NCBI GenBank assembly: GCA_965206595.1 | Contig: OZ242214.1 | Span: 896,001 to 960,000, forward strand | From: Candidatus Latescibacterota bacterium | Lineage (GTDB): Bacteria; Latescibacterota; UBA2968; UBA8231 | Reading direction: 5' to 3' | DNA length: 64,000 nt | Shown: positions 8,501 through 18,089 of the stretch, piece after piece | Numbering within the stretch: position 1 is the stretch's first letter | Layout of the letters: the number at the start of each line of letters is the position of its first letter | Translations under genes and position numbers: made by a program | The notes under the pieces: generated by a model | Databases searched by the model: none | What the model saw: the letters and a program-made list of their open reading frames with translations, nothing else | What the model was told of the DNA's origin: nothing

Positions 8501-11355
8501 CACTTGATCCCCGCGTACACGGTGATGAAGCTGATCGTCTCCGACGTCCCCCTGCTCCTCTTCTCGAAAACCCCGCCCTCGTCCGCCTGCACCCGCTCGG
8601 CGAGGTTGCGGGCGAGCCGGAAGCCGATCTGGGTGGTCAGCCAGTATCCCTGGTAGGCTGAGTCCGTCGTCAGCTGCACGGCGAGATTGACCGAGGTCAC
8701 GTCGCCGGTCTCCCCCGCGGTTCCCGCGGCGATCATCTCCTCTTCGTCGACGGTCCTGTCGACGAACTGCGCCAGCTCGAGCCCGGTGGTGACCTCGCTC
8801 TGTTCGAGATACGGAAACCGGGCCAGCAGCGTCGCCAGCCCCATCCAGTGCTCCTGGTCGACGCCGATCACCTCTCCGAGCAGCGACTCGCGCACGAACG
8901 GCTGCCGGCGGAAGTACTCGAGCTTGGCCTTGGGCTCGACGCTCACCGCGCCGATCGAGAAGCCGTACTCGACCTTGTTGACGAAGCCGAGGAGGGTCGG
9001 CGAGGCGGTCAGGGAGCGGCCTTTCAGATCGGTGGGTTCCTCCTTCACGTGGTTGTAGATCTCGTACTTCAGCTTGTTGACGACCTTCAGGCGCGAGGCC
9101 GCGGTGTAGTCGAAGCCGACCCAGGCGGTGTTGATCCATGTGTCCGGGGCCGGCAGCAGATCCTCGATGACCGGCCTGGAGATGGCCCGGCGATAGGGGG
9201 AGGGGGCCAGGCGGTCGTCCGGTATCGTGTCGCTTGCCCGCTTCAGCATGTCGAAAACGCGCAGCCTCCCGAACCCGAGCCGCCTGTCCATGGTGAACAG
9301 GCCGTAGGTCGTTCTGCTGTCGCGGTCGTCGGAAAGCATGCGCTCCTGCGCCCGTCCCACCATGAGCCGGGTGTCCGGGGTCAGGTGGAGGCCGGCGAAT
9401 GCGTTGTACCCCCTGCGGTCCGTCTTGTACGGGAAGTCGGGCAGGGTGTCGTCCTCGAAGCGGTCGATCCAGGCGTTGTTGTTGAGGTCGATGCCGAAGA
9501 GGAACTCCGGCCGGTCGACGTCATGCCTGAGGAACGGCTCCTCGTAGTCGGGAAGGGTGTTGCGCAGTGTCCTGTTGTCGTTCTGGTTGAAGTCGGAGAT
9601 GAAGTCGTTGTTCTGGTCCCACCCCGGGTAGACGTCGGTGTCGCCGGCCTGGGAACCGGGCCGCACCCAGTCGGGAAGACGGTCCTGGTCGTCGTTGTCC
9701 TCTACGAACTCGTAGAGGTGGAGATCGGGGCGGTCGTAGTCGATGTCCCCGTTTTCGTCGACGACGAAGGCGCTCGTGGAGTAGTCGCCGTCGATTGCGT
9801 AGGCCTCGCCGTAGAGAAAGAAGGGATATCTCTGTTTGCGGGCCGTCACGTAGCGGGCGTCCGCGGTCCGCCGCGAGATCTCGTGACTCTCGTTGGCGCT
9901 GAAGAGCGCCGCGTTCGGGAACTGGGAATAGCGGAAATTGCGGTCCCATTCTGCGTAGAAGTCGATCCCCCCCCACACATCGGTACCCTCGACGGTTACC
10001 CCGGCGATCATGTTGGCGGTGGGCAGCCCGTAGTCGAAGGTGACCCGGCGGATATTCGTTATGTCGTGCACGTTGCCGCCGGCGCGGTCGACGAGGAGCA
10101 GGGCCGGGCGCTGGGCCTCGATGATCTCGCTGGTCAGGGGCGTATCGGGGGGGCCGTTCCGTCCCGTCTGCCGGTCCGACCAAAGCTCGATCCTGTAGTC
10201 GTTGGCCAGCACGTAGTCGAACTCGACGGCGAGGATGGTCGTCGGGTTGGGGCCGATGTAGTCCGGGTGGTTGAAGTCGTAGTTGAGCACGATCCGCTCG
10301 GCGCCGTCCGCGGCGAGGTAACCGCGGCGGGCCAGGCCGCCGAAGACGTCCGGCCAGCGGCCGCCGGGGCGCACCACCTGGTCGAGCCTCCACTCGCTGT
10401 CTTCGCCGGTCTCGAAATTGCGGCTGGTGATGCGAATGTCGTGGTCGAAGAGGGCGGCGCCGGCGGCGCCGTCTTCGGGCGAGTCGTCGCTGAGAACGAC
10501 CGCGACCGTCGTGACCGGGACGTTCGACTGGCCTTCGGTGAGGTTGCCTGCGGCGAGGTTCCCTCCGAACAGATCGAGGTTGGTGTTGGAGTTGCGGGCG
10601 TCGACGAGGGTAGCGCCGACGGCGATGAAGTCGCCGACCTGGGCGGTGACGCGGCCCGCGACGAGGCTCGTGGAGTTGGCGGTTCGCGCCGGTTCGATGG
10701 TAACGGAGGCGGCCGGGTCGCTGATCCGGGAGGCGAGGATGGTCGCCGCGTACTTGTCCGCTACGTAGTCGGCCTGCACGCCGTTGAAGGTCGGCTTCGA
10801 AAAGGACAGCGGCGTCAGGGTGGTGCGGATCTGGTTGCCCACGGTGACGGCGTAGCCGTTCTGCCCCTTGGCGTCGCCGCTGATGGTCAGCGAGCTGAAC
10901 CAGTTCTGGAACTGGCTCCCCTTGAAGATGGCGCTCCCCAGGGCGTTGGGCTGGTCCTGGCGCCAATCGTACACCAGCCAGCCGTGGCTGATGTAGTCGC
11001 CGTAGACGTCGTAGAAGTAGTCCCCCTCGATGGCGGTGTTGACGTAGCGCTCGTATCCCCGGGTCGCGTAGTTCGTGAACTCCCACTGGCGCCAGCGGTG
11101 CTCTTCGTACAGCTCCTGTGGAATGTACCAGTGCCGCAGGGTGGGATCGAGGGCGCCGAACAGCACCCCCGGACCGGTCGGCTCGAAGCTGACCTCGCCG
11201 TCCGCGGAGACCCCCAAGCGGGTGCCGTACTCCTGCGCATGCAGCGGGGCTGCCAGGAGGAAAGTGAGGAAGAGAGCGGAGTTTCCGAGTTTCAGGGCCG
11301 GTCTCCGTCGGCTGAACGACCTTGCGCTGTTGGCGGAGGTCCGGGTATTTACCAA
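8500..11355 (-). CDS. Family A paralogue 3 (~950 aa; start uncertain, frame open to 11448)
   Basis: Signal-like ...SALFLTFLLAAPLHAQEYGTRLG; YEFVEDNDDQDRLPD, YPGWDQNNDFISDFNQNDN; ends SFITVYAGIK. Confidence 0.85.
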   Translation of the reverse strand: MVNTRTSANSARSFSRRRPALKLGNSALFLTFLLAAPLHAQEYGTRLGVSADGEVSFEPTGPGVLFGALDPTLRHWYIPQELYEEHRWRQWEFTNYATRGYERYVNTAIEGDYFYDVYGDYISHGWLVYDWRQDQPNALGSAIFKGSQFQNWFSSLTISGDAKGQNGYAVTVGNQIRTTLTPLSFSKPTFNGVQADYVADKYAATILASRISDPAASVTIEPARTANSTSLVAGRVTAQVGDFIAVGATLVDARNSNTNLDLFGGNLAAGNLTEGQSNVPVTTVAVVLSDDSPEDGAAGAALFDHDIRITSRNFETGEDSEWRLDQVVRPGGRWPDVFGGLARRGYLAADGAERIVLNYDFNHPDYIGPNPTTILAVEFDYVLANDYRIELWSDRQTGRNGPPDTPLTSEIIEAQRPALLLVDRAGGNVHDITNIRRVTFDYGLPTANMIAGVTVEGTDVWGGIDFYAEWDRNFRYSQFPNAALFSANESHEISRRTADARYVTARKQRYPFFLYGEAYAIDGDYSTSAFVVDENGDIDYDRPDLHLYEFVEDNDDQDRLPDWVRPGSQAGDTDVYPGWDQNNDFISDFNQNDNRTLRNTLPDYEEPFLRHDVDRPEFLFGIDLNNNAWIDRFEDDTLPDFPYKTDRRGYNAFAGLHLTPDTRLMVGRAQERMLSDDRDSRTTYGLFTMDRRLGFGRLRVFDMLKRASDTIPDDRLAPSPYRRAISRPVIEDLLPAPDTWINTAWVGFDYTAASRLKVVNKLKYEIYNHVKEEPTDLKGRSLTASPTLLGFVNKVEYGFSIGAVSVEPKAKLEYFRRQPFVRESLLGEVIGVDQEHWMGLATLLARFPYLEQSEVTTGLELAQFVDRTVDEEEMIAAGTAGETGDVTSVNLAVQLTTDSAYQGYWLTTQIGFRLARNLAERVQADEGGVFEKRSRGTSETISFITVYAGIK

Positions 11356-11501
11356 AATCCCGAACAGACCTATGGGACTTGCAGACAGAATTACCGGATG
11401 ATCTGCCCGAACCGCATGAGGTAACATATTAATGAAAAACGTCCTCAAAATCGACCCGAAATCAACCTGGCGACCGATTTTCGGAAAACCAGCTTTACCT
11501 G

Positions 11502-11533
11502 TTGGTATTGATAAAATTTGGTATTGATAAAAT
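11502..11533. repeat. Perfect 16-bp tandem direct repeat (TTGGTATTGATAAAAT x2) in a divergent promoter region
   Basis: Read directly at 11502-11517 and 11518-11533, just before ATG 11535. Confidence 0.9.
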
Positions 11534-11534
11534 T

Positions 11535-13490
11535 ATGTCCGTCCTGAAGAAGCGGCGGCCGCGCCTGGCGGGAGCAGCCGGGGCGGCCGCGGGCATGTTT
11601 CTTTCGCAGTTGCCGGGTCCACTCGCTGCCGAGGTCAGGAAACCCCTGGCCTATCCGGCGGACGCGGTCGAGCCCCCCTGGGTCGACACCAGGCGGGACA
11701 TGCAGCTGGCAACCGCGGCCCGGTTCCGGGCTTTCGTCGGTTTCACCTTCACCGACCGCTGCAGGGAAAGCGGAATCGGGTTCGTCAACGTCACCACCGC
11801 GGACACCGGCAAGAACTACCGGGCGTCGCACTACGATCACGGCAACGGCGTCGCCGCGGCCGACGTCGATGGCGACGGTCTCGCCGACATCTACTTCAGC
11901 ACCCAGGTCGGGGCCAACGAGCTGTGGCGCAACCTCGGGGGCGGCAGGTTCGCCAACATCACCGCCACCTCCGGAACGAGCCTCGCCGAGGCGCTCGGGG
12001 TCGCCGCCTCTTTCGGCGATACCGACAACGACGGCGACCCGGACCTGTACGCGACCACGGTCCGGGGGGGCAATTTCCTGTTCGCCAACGATGGCGCCGG
12101 CAGGTTCACGGACGCCACCGCGGCCTCAGGCCTGGCCTACAGCGGTCATTCGTCGGCCTCGGTTTTCTTCGACTACGACAGGGACGGCCTGCTCGACCTG
12201 TTTCTCTGCAACGTCGGCGTGTACACGACCGAGGAGATCCTCGAGGCCCCGGCGGACGCGCTGGACCCGGGGAAGGGGGAACCCTACCAGTATTTCGCCG
12301 CCCACGCCGATGCCTTCGCCGGCCACCTCAAACCGGAGCGGACCGAGCTCAGCATCCTCTACCGCAACGAGGGGGGCAACCGCTTCTCCGACGTGTCGGA
12401 AGCGACCGGGCTGGTCGATACCAGCTGGTCGGGAGATGCCAGTCCGATCGATGCCAACGAGGACGGCTGGCCCGACCTGTACATCCTCGACATGCAGGGA
12501 AACGACGATTACTTCGAAAACGTCGGGGGGCAGAGATTCGTGCGCCGCAGCAGGGAGGTCTTCCCGAAGACCCCCTGGGGGTCCATGGGGGTCAAGGTGT
12601 TCGACTACGACAACGACGGCGATTTCGACCTCTTCGTCAGCGACATGCACTCCGACATGAGCGACGAAGTCGGGCCGGGCGACGAAAAGAAGAAGGCCGA
12701 TATCAAGTACTCGGACGAGTTCCTCGCCAGCGGCGGCCACAGCATCTTCGGGAACGCCTTTTACCGCAACGAGGGCGGGGGCAGCTACTTCGAGAACTCG
12801 GACGGGATCGGCGCCGAAAACTACTGGCCCTGGGGCTTGAGCACGGGAGATCTGAACGCCGACGGCTACGACGACGTATTCCTCGCCTCGAGCATGAACT
12901 ACCCCTTCCGATACGGGGTCAACACGCTGCTAGTGAACGACCTGGGAGAGGCCTTCCTCGACGCCGAGTACATCCTCGGGGTCGAGCCGCGGCGCGACAG
13001 CCGCACGACCAAGGCCTGGTTCCTGCTCGATTGCGGGGGAGCGGACAAGGAGCACGACCGCTGCGAGGGGCAGGACGGCCTCATCGAGATATGGGCGGCC
13101 CTGGGCTCGCGTTCCTCCGTGATTTTCGACATCGAAGGAGACGGCGACCTCGACATCGTCACCAACGAGTTCAACTCGGAGCCCCAGGTCTTCGTCAGCG
13201 ATCTATCCGAAAGGAAGCAGATCAACTACCTCGGGGTGAAGCTCGCCGCCGGCACGTCGAACCGGAGCGGCATCGGCGCCGTCGTCAGCGTAGAGGCCGG
13301 AGGCGCCAGCTACAGGAAGGCGAACGACGGCCAGTCGGGCTACCTGTCGCAGAGCGACCTGCCGCTCTACTTCGGCCTGGGGGCCGCCGCTTCCGTCGAC
13401 CGGATCGTCGTTCGCTGGCCCTCGGGGACGACGCAGACGGTTCCGGGGCCCCTGGCAATCAACCGGCTCATCGAGGTAACGGAGAAGTAG
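11535..13490 (+). CDS. CRTAC1-like protein (FG-GAP/VCBS repeats + ASPIC/UnbV C-terminal domain)
   Basis: Repeated DxDxDGxxDL motifs (ADVDGDGLADIY, FDYDRDGLLDLF, GDLNADGYDDVF); C-term GIGAVV...GYLSQSDLPLYFGLG...VRWPSG. Confidence 0.9.
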   Translation: MSVLKKRRPRLAGAAGAAAGMFLSQLPGPLAAEVRKPLAYPADAVEPPWVDTRRDMQLATAARFRAFVGFTFTDRCRESGIGFVNVTTADTGKNYRASHYDHGNGVAAADVDGDGLADIYFSTQVGANELWRNLGGGRFANITATSGTSLAEALGVAASFGDTDNDGDPDLYATTVRGGNFLFANDGAGRFTDATAASGLAYSGHSSASVFFDYDRDGLLDLFLCNVGVYTTEEILEAPADALDPGKGEPYQYFAAHADAFAGHLKPERTELSILYRNEGGNRFSDVSEATGLVDTSWSGDASPIDANEDGWPDLYILDMQGNDDYFENVGGQRFVRRSREVFPKTPWGSMGVKVFDYDNDGDFDLFVSDMHSDMSDEVGPGDEKKKADIKYSDEFLASGGHSIFGNAFYRNEGGGSYFENSDGIGAENYWPWGLSTGDLNADGYDDVFLASSMNYPFRYGVNTLLVNDLGEAFLDAEYILGVEPRRDSRTTKAWFLLDCGGADKEHDRCEGQDGLIEIWAALGSRSSVIFDIEGDGDLDIVTNEFNSEPQVFVSDLSERKQINYLGVKLAAGTSNRSGIGAVVSVEAGGASYRKANDGQSGYLSQSDLPLYFGLGAAASVDRIVVRWPSGTTQTVPGPLAINRLIEVTEK

Positions 13491-13577
13491 GGCCCCCCGC
13501 CCGGGGGTGCTCCGGCAGCGGGCCTCGCTGGCGGCGACTCCTTCGCGGCGTGTACGGGGCTCCGATTCGCCCGAGGG

Positions 13578-15530
13578 ATGGATACGGCAGACTGGGTCGT
13601 GAAAACGCCTTCCCCCTTCACCCTCCGGGGCCTATTAGCCGGCACTCTCCTGTCCCTCTTCGTCGGCATCGCGGCCCCCTACGGATTCATCGCCGTGCGC
13701 GGGTCGTGGTGGGGGTCGAACGCCTCCTCTCCCGGGGCGATCTTCCTGTTCTTCATCTTCACCTTTTTCGTCAACACCGCCCTCGGCCTGGTCAGGCGCC
13801 CCCTCGCTCTCGGCCGCGGCGACCTCGTCCTCGTCTACGCCATGATGGCCATGGCCATCACCGTGCCGACGCAGAATTTCCTCGTCTACATCATCCCGAC
13901 CATCTGCGTTCCCTACTACTCGGCCAGCGTCGAGAACAACTGGGAGTCGCTCATCCATCCCTGGGTCCCCGAGTGGATGGTTCTCCGGGACTTCGACGCG
14001 ATCAGAGGTCTGTACGAGGGACTGCCCGCGGGGCAGTCGATTCCGTGGGCTTCCTGGATCGTGCCGCTGGGGGCCTGGTTCTCCCTGTTCCTCGCCCTCA
14101 GTCTCATGATGATCTTCATGTCCGCCATCCTGCACCGGCAGTGGGCGGCCAACGAACGGCTGGCCTACCCGATGATGCAGCTGCCGAGGCAGATGATCGA
14201 GGAAGGGGAGGGCCCCGCCGGGCTGGTCCAGCCCTTTTTCAGAAACCCGGTAACCTGGGCAGGATTCGCGCTGCCGTTCGGCCTCTTCGGCCTCACGGGG
14301 CTGAACCACTACTTCCCGATCGTTCCAGACTACCCGTTCTGGCACGGCGGCATCGAGCTCTTCGAGGGGGTCGGACTGCCGCTGGCGGTGAGCTTCGCCT
14401 GGATCGGTTTCTTCTATCTCGTCGATCTCGGCATCGTCTTCAGCATCTGGTTCTTCTATCTGGCGGGAAAGGTCGAGGAAGGGGTTTTCAATTCCCTGGG
14501 GATCTCGAGCCGCGAGACCTTGAGCCAGTACGAGAACTACCAGACCGCGGACCTGTCGCATCAGGCGACCGGAGCGGTGATCGCCTTCGTCCTGATCGGG
14601 CTCTGGACCGCCCGCCCCCATCTGGCCGCGGTATGGCGCAAGGCGTGGCGGCCGGCTTCCGGGATCGACGACAGCGAGGAGCTCGTGCCCTACCGGGCCG
14701 CCCTGTTCGGATGGTTCGGCTGCCTGGCGTTCGTCCTCTTCTGGCTCTGGCAGTCCGGCCTGCCCGCCGCCGCCATACCCCTGTTCACCGGCATGGTGCT
14801 CATCTACTACATCATGATAACGCGGGTGGTGACCGCCGGAGGCATCCCCACCAGCCGCCCCCCGATCGTGGCCCCCTACGTCGTCATTTCGGGGATGGGC
14901 GCCTCCGTCCTCGGCACCAAAGGCTTGGTGTCGCTGGGATTCGCCATGGGCTGGCAGGCCGAGATGCGCCTGTTCCCGATGATTCCCTGTGCCAACGCCC
15001 TCAAGCTCGCCGAGATCGTCCCGGGGCCCAAGGGCAGGCTGTTCTGGGGGATGCTGATCGCCCTGCTCTGCAGCCTGGGCGCGGGAACCTGGCTGCTGCT
15101 GACCCTGGGCTACGAGCACGGGGGCATCAACATGGTCGGGCCGCTGCTGTCGAACGGGAACAACTGGCACTTTCTCAATCCGCAGCTGAACGACCCTCCC
15201 GAGGCCAACCTGCGCGGCTGGGTCTTCACCGGCATCGGCGCCGCGTTCGAGGGATTCCTCATGTGGGCCCAGCACCGCTGGTACTGGTGGCCGCTTCACC
15301 CCCTCGGATTCGCCATTGCCGTCGGCTTCATCACCTCCCACATCTGGTTCTCGGCGCTGCTGGCCTGGACGCTGAAGGCAGGGATTCTCAAGTACGGGGG
15401 CATCAGGCTGTTTTCCGGGATGAAACCGTTCTTTCTGGGCCTCGTCTTGGGGGAAGCGTCGAGCGCGGGATTCTGGCTCTGCGTCGACGCGGTCACCGGG
15501 GCAACGGGGAATCACATAACCGCCATGTGA
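13578..15530 (+). CDS. DUF6785/DUF6784-type polytopic membrane protein (putative transporter)
   Basis: 650 aa, many TM segments; motifs YYSASVENNW, RQWAANERLAYP, WWPLHPLGF, PFFLGLVLGE. Confidence 0.8.
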   Translation: MDTADWVVKTPSPFTLRGLLAGTLLSLFVGIAAPYGFIAVRGSWWGSNASSPGAIFLFFIFTFFVNTALGLVRRPLALGRGDLVLVYAMMAMAITVPTQNFLVYIIPTICVPYYSASVENNWESLIHPWVPEWMVLRDFDAIRGLYEGLPAGQSIPWASWIVPLGAWFSLFLALSLMMIFMSAILHRQWAANERLAYPMMQLPRQMIEEGEGPAGLVQPFFRNPVTWAGFALPFGLFGLTGLNHYFPIVPDYPFWHGGIELFEGVGLPLAVSFAWIGFFYLVDLGIVFSIWFFYLAGKVEEGVFNSLGISSRETLSQYENYQTADLSHQATGAVIAFVLIGLWTARPHLAAVWRKAWRPASGIDDSEELVPYRAALFGWFGCLAFVLFWLWQSGLPAAAIPLFTGMVLIYYIMITRVVTAGGIPTSRPPIVAPYVVISGMGASVLGTKGLVSLGFAMGWQAEMRLFPMIPCANALKLAEIVPGPKGRLFWGMLIALLCSLGAGTWLLLTLGYEHGGINMVGPLLSNGNNWHFLNPQLNDPPEANLRGWVFTGIGAAFEGFLMWAQHRWYWWPLHPLGFAIAVGFITSHIWFSALLAWTLKAGILKYGGIRLFSGMKPFFLGLVLGEASSAGFWLCVDAVTGATGNHITAM

Positions 15531-15736
15531 GCCCTTACACCGGGCTACCGGCCTGGCGTCTCTGTCCGCGTCCCGACCGGCTGGCGAGGAGGGCTGGGCG
15601 CGCCGGTGGAGGTCGCTCCTGGCGGAGCGACCATGCGCCGCGGCTACGGTCCGGGAGAAACTGTACTGCCCTGCCGGAAAGGGAAGATCCCTTCCCGAAA
15701 TCCGGATGCAGGCAAGCTCACGGCTGGAAAAAAGGC

Positions 15737-15844
15737 TTGAATTCTCCCTGCTCCATTTGTAAAATATGTGAGTTCAACAGGGAATACAGGGCCATTTCCC
15801 GGACGATCCGTCATCCACACCCAACGAAGAGGAGTTGCTGTATG
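15737..15844 (+). promoter_or_regulatory. Orphan sigma70-like promoter with RBS and ATG, facing the truncated oxidoreductase
   Basis: TTGAAT (15737-42), 17-bp spacer, TAAAAT (15760-65); AGGAG 15830-34; ATG 15842. Confidence 0.55.
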
Positions 15845-16529
15845 AAAAGGCGCCGCCGCCGCGGTTGCCGAGGCCCCTGGGGGTGCACTCCCAGAACACC
15901 CGCCGGTTGCCGGGAAACCAGTACGTCGCCTGCACGTGGCTCGGCGCCGGGTGGCTCCACTCGTACCCCTCCAGCCCTTCGGCGCAGGCCCACACCGCCT
16001 CCGGAAAGGGATCGTCGAGGACCATCATCACCAGGCTCATCAGGTGCGGCCCCATGGCCAGGGCGCCGCCCCAGGTGCTGGCGCGCACGAAGTCGACCTC
16101 GCCGAGCCGGCCCGAACGTACCAGGTCGCGGACCGCCGGATACTGGGGGAAGAACCTCAGCTGCGTGTTGACGACGACCCGGCAGCCGGTCCGCGCGCTC
16201 ACCTCGGCGATCTCCAGTGCTTCCATCGGCCACAGGGAGAGCGGCTTTTCGACGATGACCGCCTTCACCCCGGCTTCGGCGGCGGTGCTGATGCCGGCGA
16301 GGCGGTAGTCGGGCTGGGTTACCATGTGGAGCACGTCGGGGCGCTCCGCCTCGAGCATTTTCTCCAGGTCTCCGTAGCGCGCCGGTACCCCGTGCTCGTC
16401 GGCGTACGCCCGGCACTTGTTCTCGTCGAGGTCGCAGCAGGCGACGAGGGTCATGGAATCGATTTCGGGGTAGACGAGCGCGTGCTGGTGGGACTGGGAG
16501 CCGCACCCGAGGATGGCGGACCGGTACAT
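15774..16529 (-). pseudogene. Gfo/Idh/MocA oxidoreductase, apparently 3'-truncated
   Basis: AILGCG Rossmann start and IVEKP motif; only 251 aa, and the sequence after GLGNRGGGAF runs into the AT-richer promoter-like segment. Confidence 0.7.
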
Positions 16530-16937
16530 GCTTCAGTGTCTTTTTTTTCGGGTCCTGGCCATGGCGGCTCGATGCGGTTTGCGGAAACCCGGCAGTCCGG
16601 GGGCCCCGGGTATCGCGACCTTGCCGCGGGCTGTTGGTTCAAGGTCGGGAATATAGCTCAGCACCTTCCGGCCTGACATTCCTTCTTCGACCGGCGCCAA
16701 TGATGACGAAATTCCAGATGACTCCGTCGCGTCGAACGTCGTGAGGCCGCGAGGATGGGTCGAGATTGCGGAGACAACCTGCGGAAAGGAGTCTTGGTCC
16801 GGCTTGCGAGTGCCTGGAAAAGGAGATTGTGCGCCCACCCCTTGTTGGGTAATTTGGCCGCCCGCTCGAAAGCATCCAGGCTCCGCTTCGCCGCGGCCCC
16901 CACCTCGAACTATTGATACCCAAATGGAGAAAGCGTC

Positions 16938-18089
16938 ATGAGTTGGGAAGTGGTCGATCGCGTAAAAATATACCACGAGGCAGGGATGTACGCCCTTTGC
17001 CCCAACGTGGTTCGCACGCCGTCCGGAGACCTGATGGTATTCTTTCAAAGAGCCCCGCATCTGGGTTATCCGCACCACGGCAATCCTCTGTTCAACGTGC
17101 AGGCATGCCGCTCCCGGGACGAAGGACGGACGTGGAGCGAGGCAACCCTGGTGACGTCCGATCCGCTGGGAGGAATCATCGACCGCGGCGTTCACACCCT
17201 TTCCGACGGGAGCATCTTCATGCACTGCTCGTGCACGGAGCTGGTTCCAGCCGAAGGGTCGGAGGAGCCGGGGGGGCATGGGACCGAATGGATCTCGCGG
17301 CCGGGAAAGCCCTTCTGGGTCCGGTCCCGGGACGACGGCCACACCTGGACTGCCCCCAGGCGTTTCCCACCCGTGCCCGACGCTGTCTGGGGTCATCCGG
17401 CCGACCACTCGGGGGTCTGCAGGAGCGGCCTGATCGAGTTGCCGGACGGACGTCTGCTCGTTCCGAGCAAGGCGACCGACCGCCCCGACGGCTCCATGCC
17501 CTGTTTCGGCATGATGCGAGTCTCCCGGGACATGGGCGAGACGTGGGAGTACGGAGGAAGGATCGCCGTCGACCCCGTCGCCCACTTCAGCGAGCCGGCC
17601 ATACACCGCACTTCGAGCGGCCGCATTCTGGTGATTTTCCGCTGTCATGCCAACCAACCGATGGACGAGAGCCTGCCCCTGAGGGATCGCCAGTACAACG
17701 GCCGTTTTCAGGCCCTGGTCACCTCCGACGACGACGGCGAGACCTGGACACCGTGGCGGCGCTCGGTTCATGGATACCCCGCCCATATGCTCGGGCTCAG
17801 GGACGGGCGCATCTTTCTCACCGTCGGCACCCGCTGGGAGGGACAGTCTGGTTGTCTCGCCAGGGTGCTCGACCCCGAAGGGAGCGAGCTGGAGACTGCA
17901 CCGATCTACGAAACCGCGCCGGACCTGGAGACCACCCCGGATGCGATCATCCAGAGCGACTCGTTCAGCCATGACTGCGGCTACCCCTGGTCGGTGGAGC
18001 TCGAGGACGGACGGGTCCTGGTAGTCTACTGGCATCACTACCCGGACAACCACAGGGGCATCGAGGGGGCCATCGTTGCCGAGCGTTGA
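16938..18089 (+). CDS. Sialidase-like BNR/Asp-box beta-propeller protein
   Basis: Asp boxes SRDEGRTWS, SRDDGHTWT, SRDMGETWE, SDDDGETWT; FSEPA and DCGYP motifs; no signal peptide. Confidence 0.85.
   Translation: MSWEVVDRVKIYHEAGMYALCPNVVRTPSGDLMVFFQRAPHLGYPHHGNPLFNVQACRSRDEGRTWSEATLVTSDPLGGIIDRGVHTLSDGSIFMHCSCTELVPAEGSEEPGGHGTEWISRPGKPFWVRSRDDGHTWTAPRRFPPVPDAVWGHPADHSGVCRSGLIELPDGRLLVPSKATDRPDGSMPCFGMMRVSRDMGETWEYGGRIAVDPVAHFSEPAIHRTSSGRILVIFRCHANQPMDESLPLRDRQYNGRFQALVTSDDDGETWTPWRRSVHGYPAHMLGLRDGRIFLTVGTRWEGQSGCLARVLDPEGSELETAPIYETAPDLETTPDAIIQSDSFSHDCGYPWSVELEDGRVLVVYWHHYPDNHRGIEGAIVAER

Noticed and set aside
427-11355. Possible diversity-generating retroelement or cassette shuffling among Family A paralogues
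   Set aside because: Shared stretches differ mainly at synonymous positions. I saw no near-identical template/variable repeat pair, reverse transcriptase or recombinase in the window.
11924-16171. 1415-aa Arg/Gly/Pro-rich ORF
   Set aside because: Off-frame shadow across the CRTAC1-like and DUF6785 genes, with composition typical of a GC-rich alternative frame.
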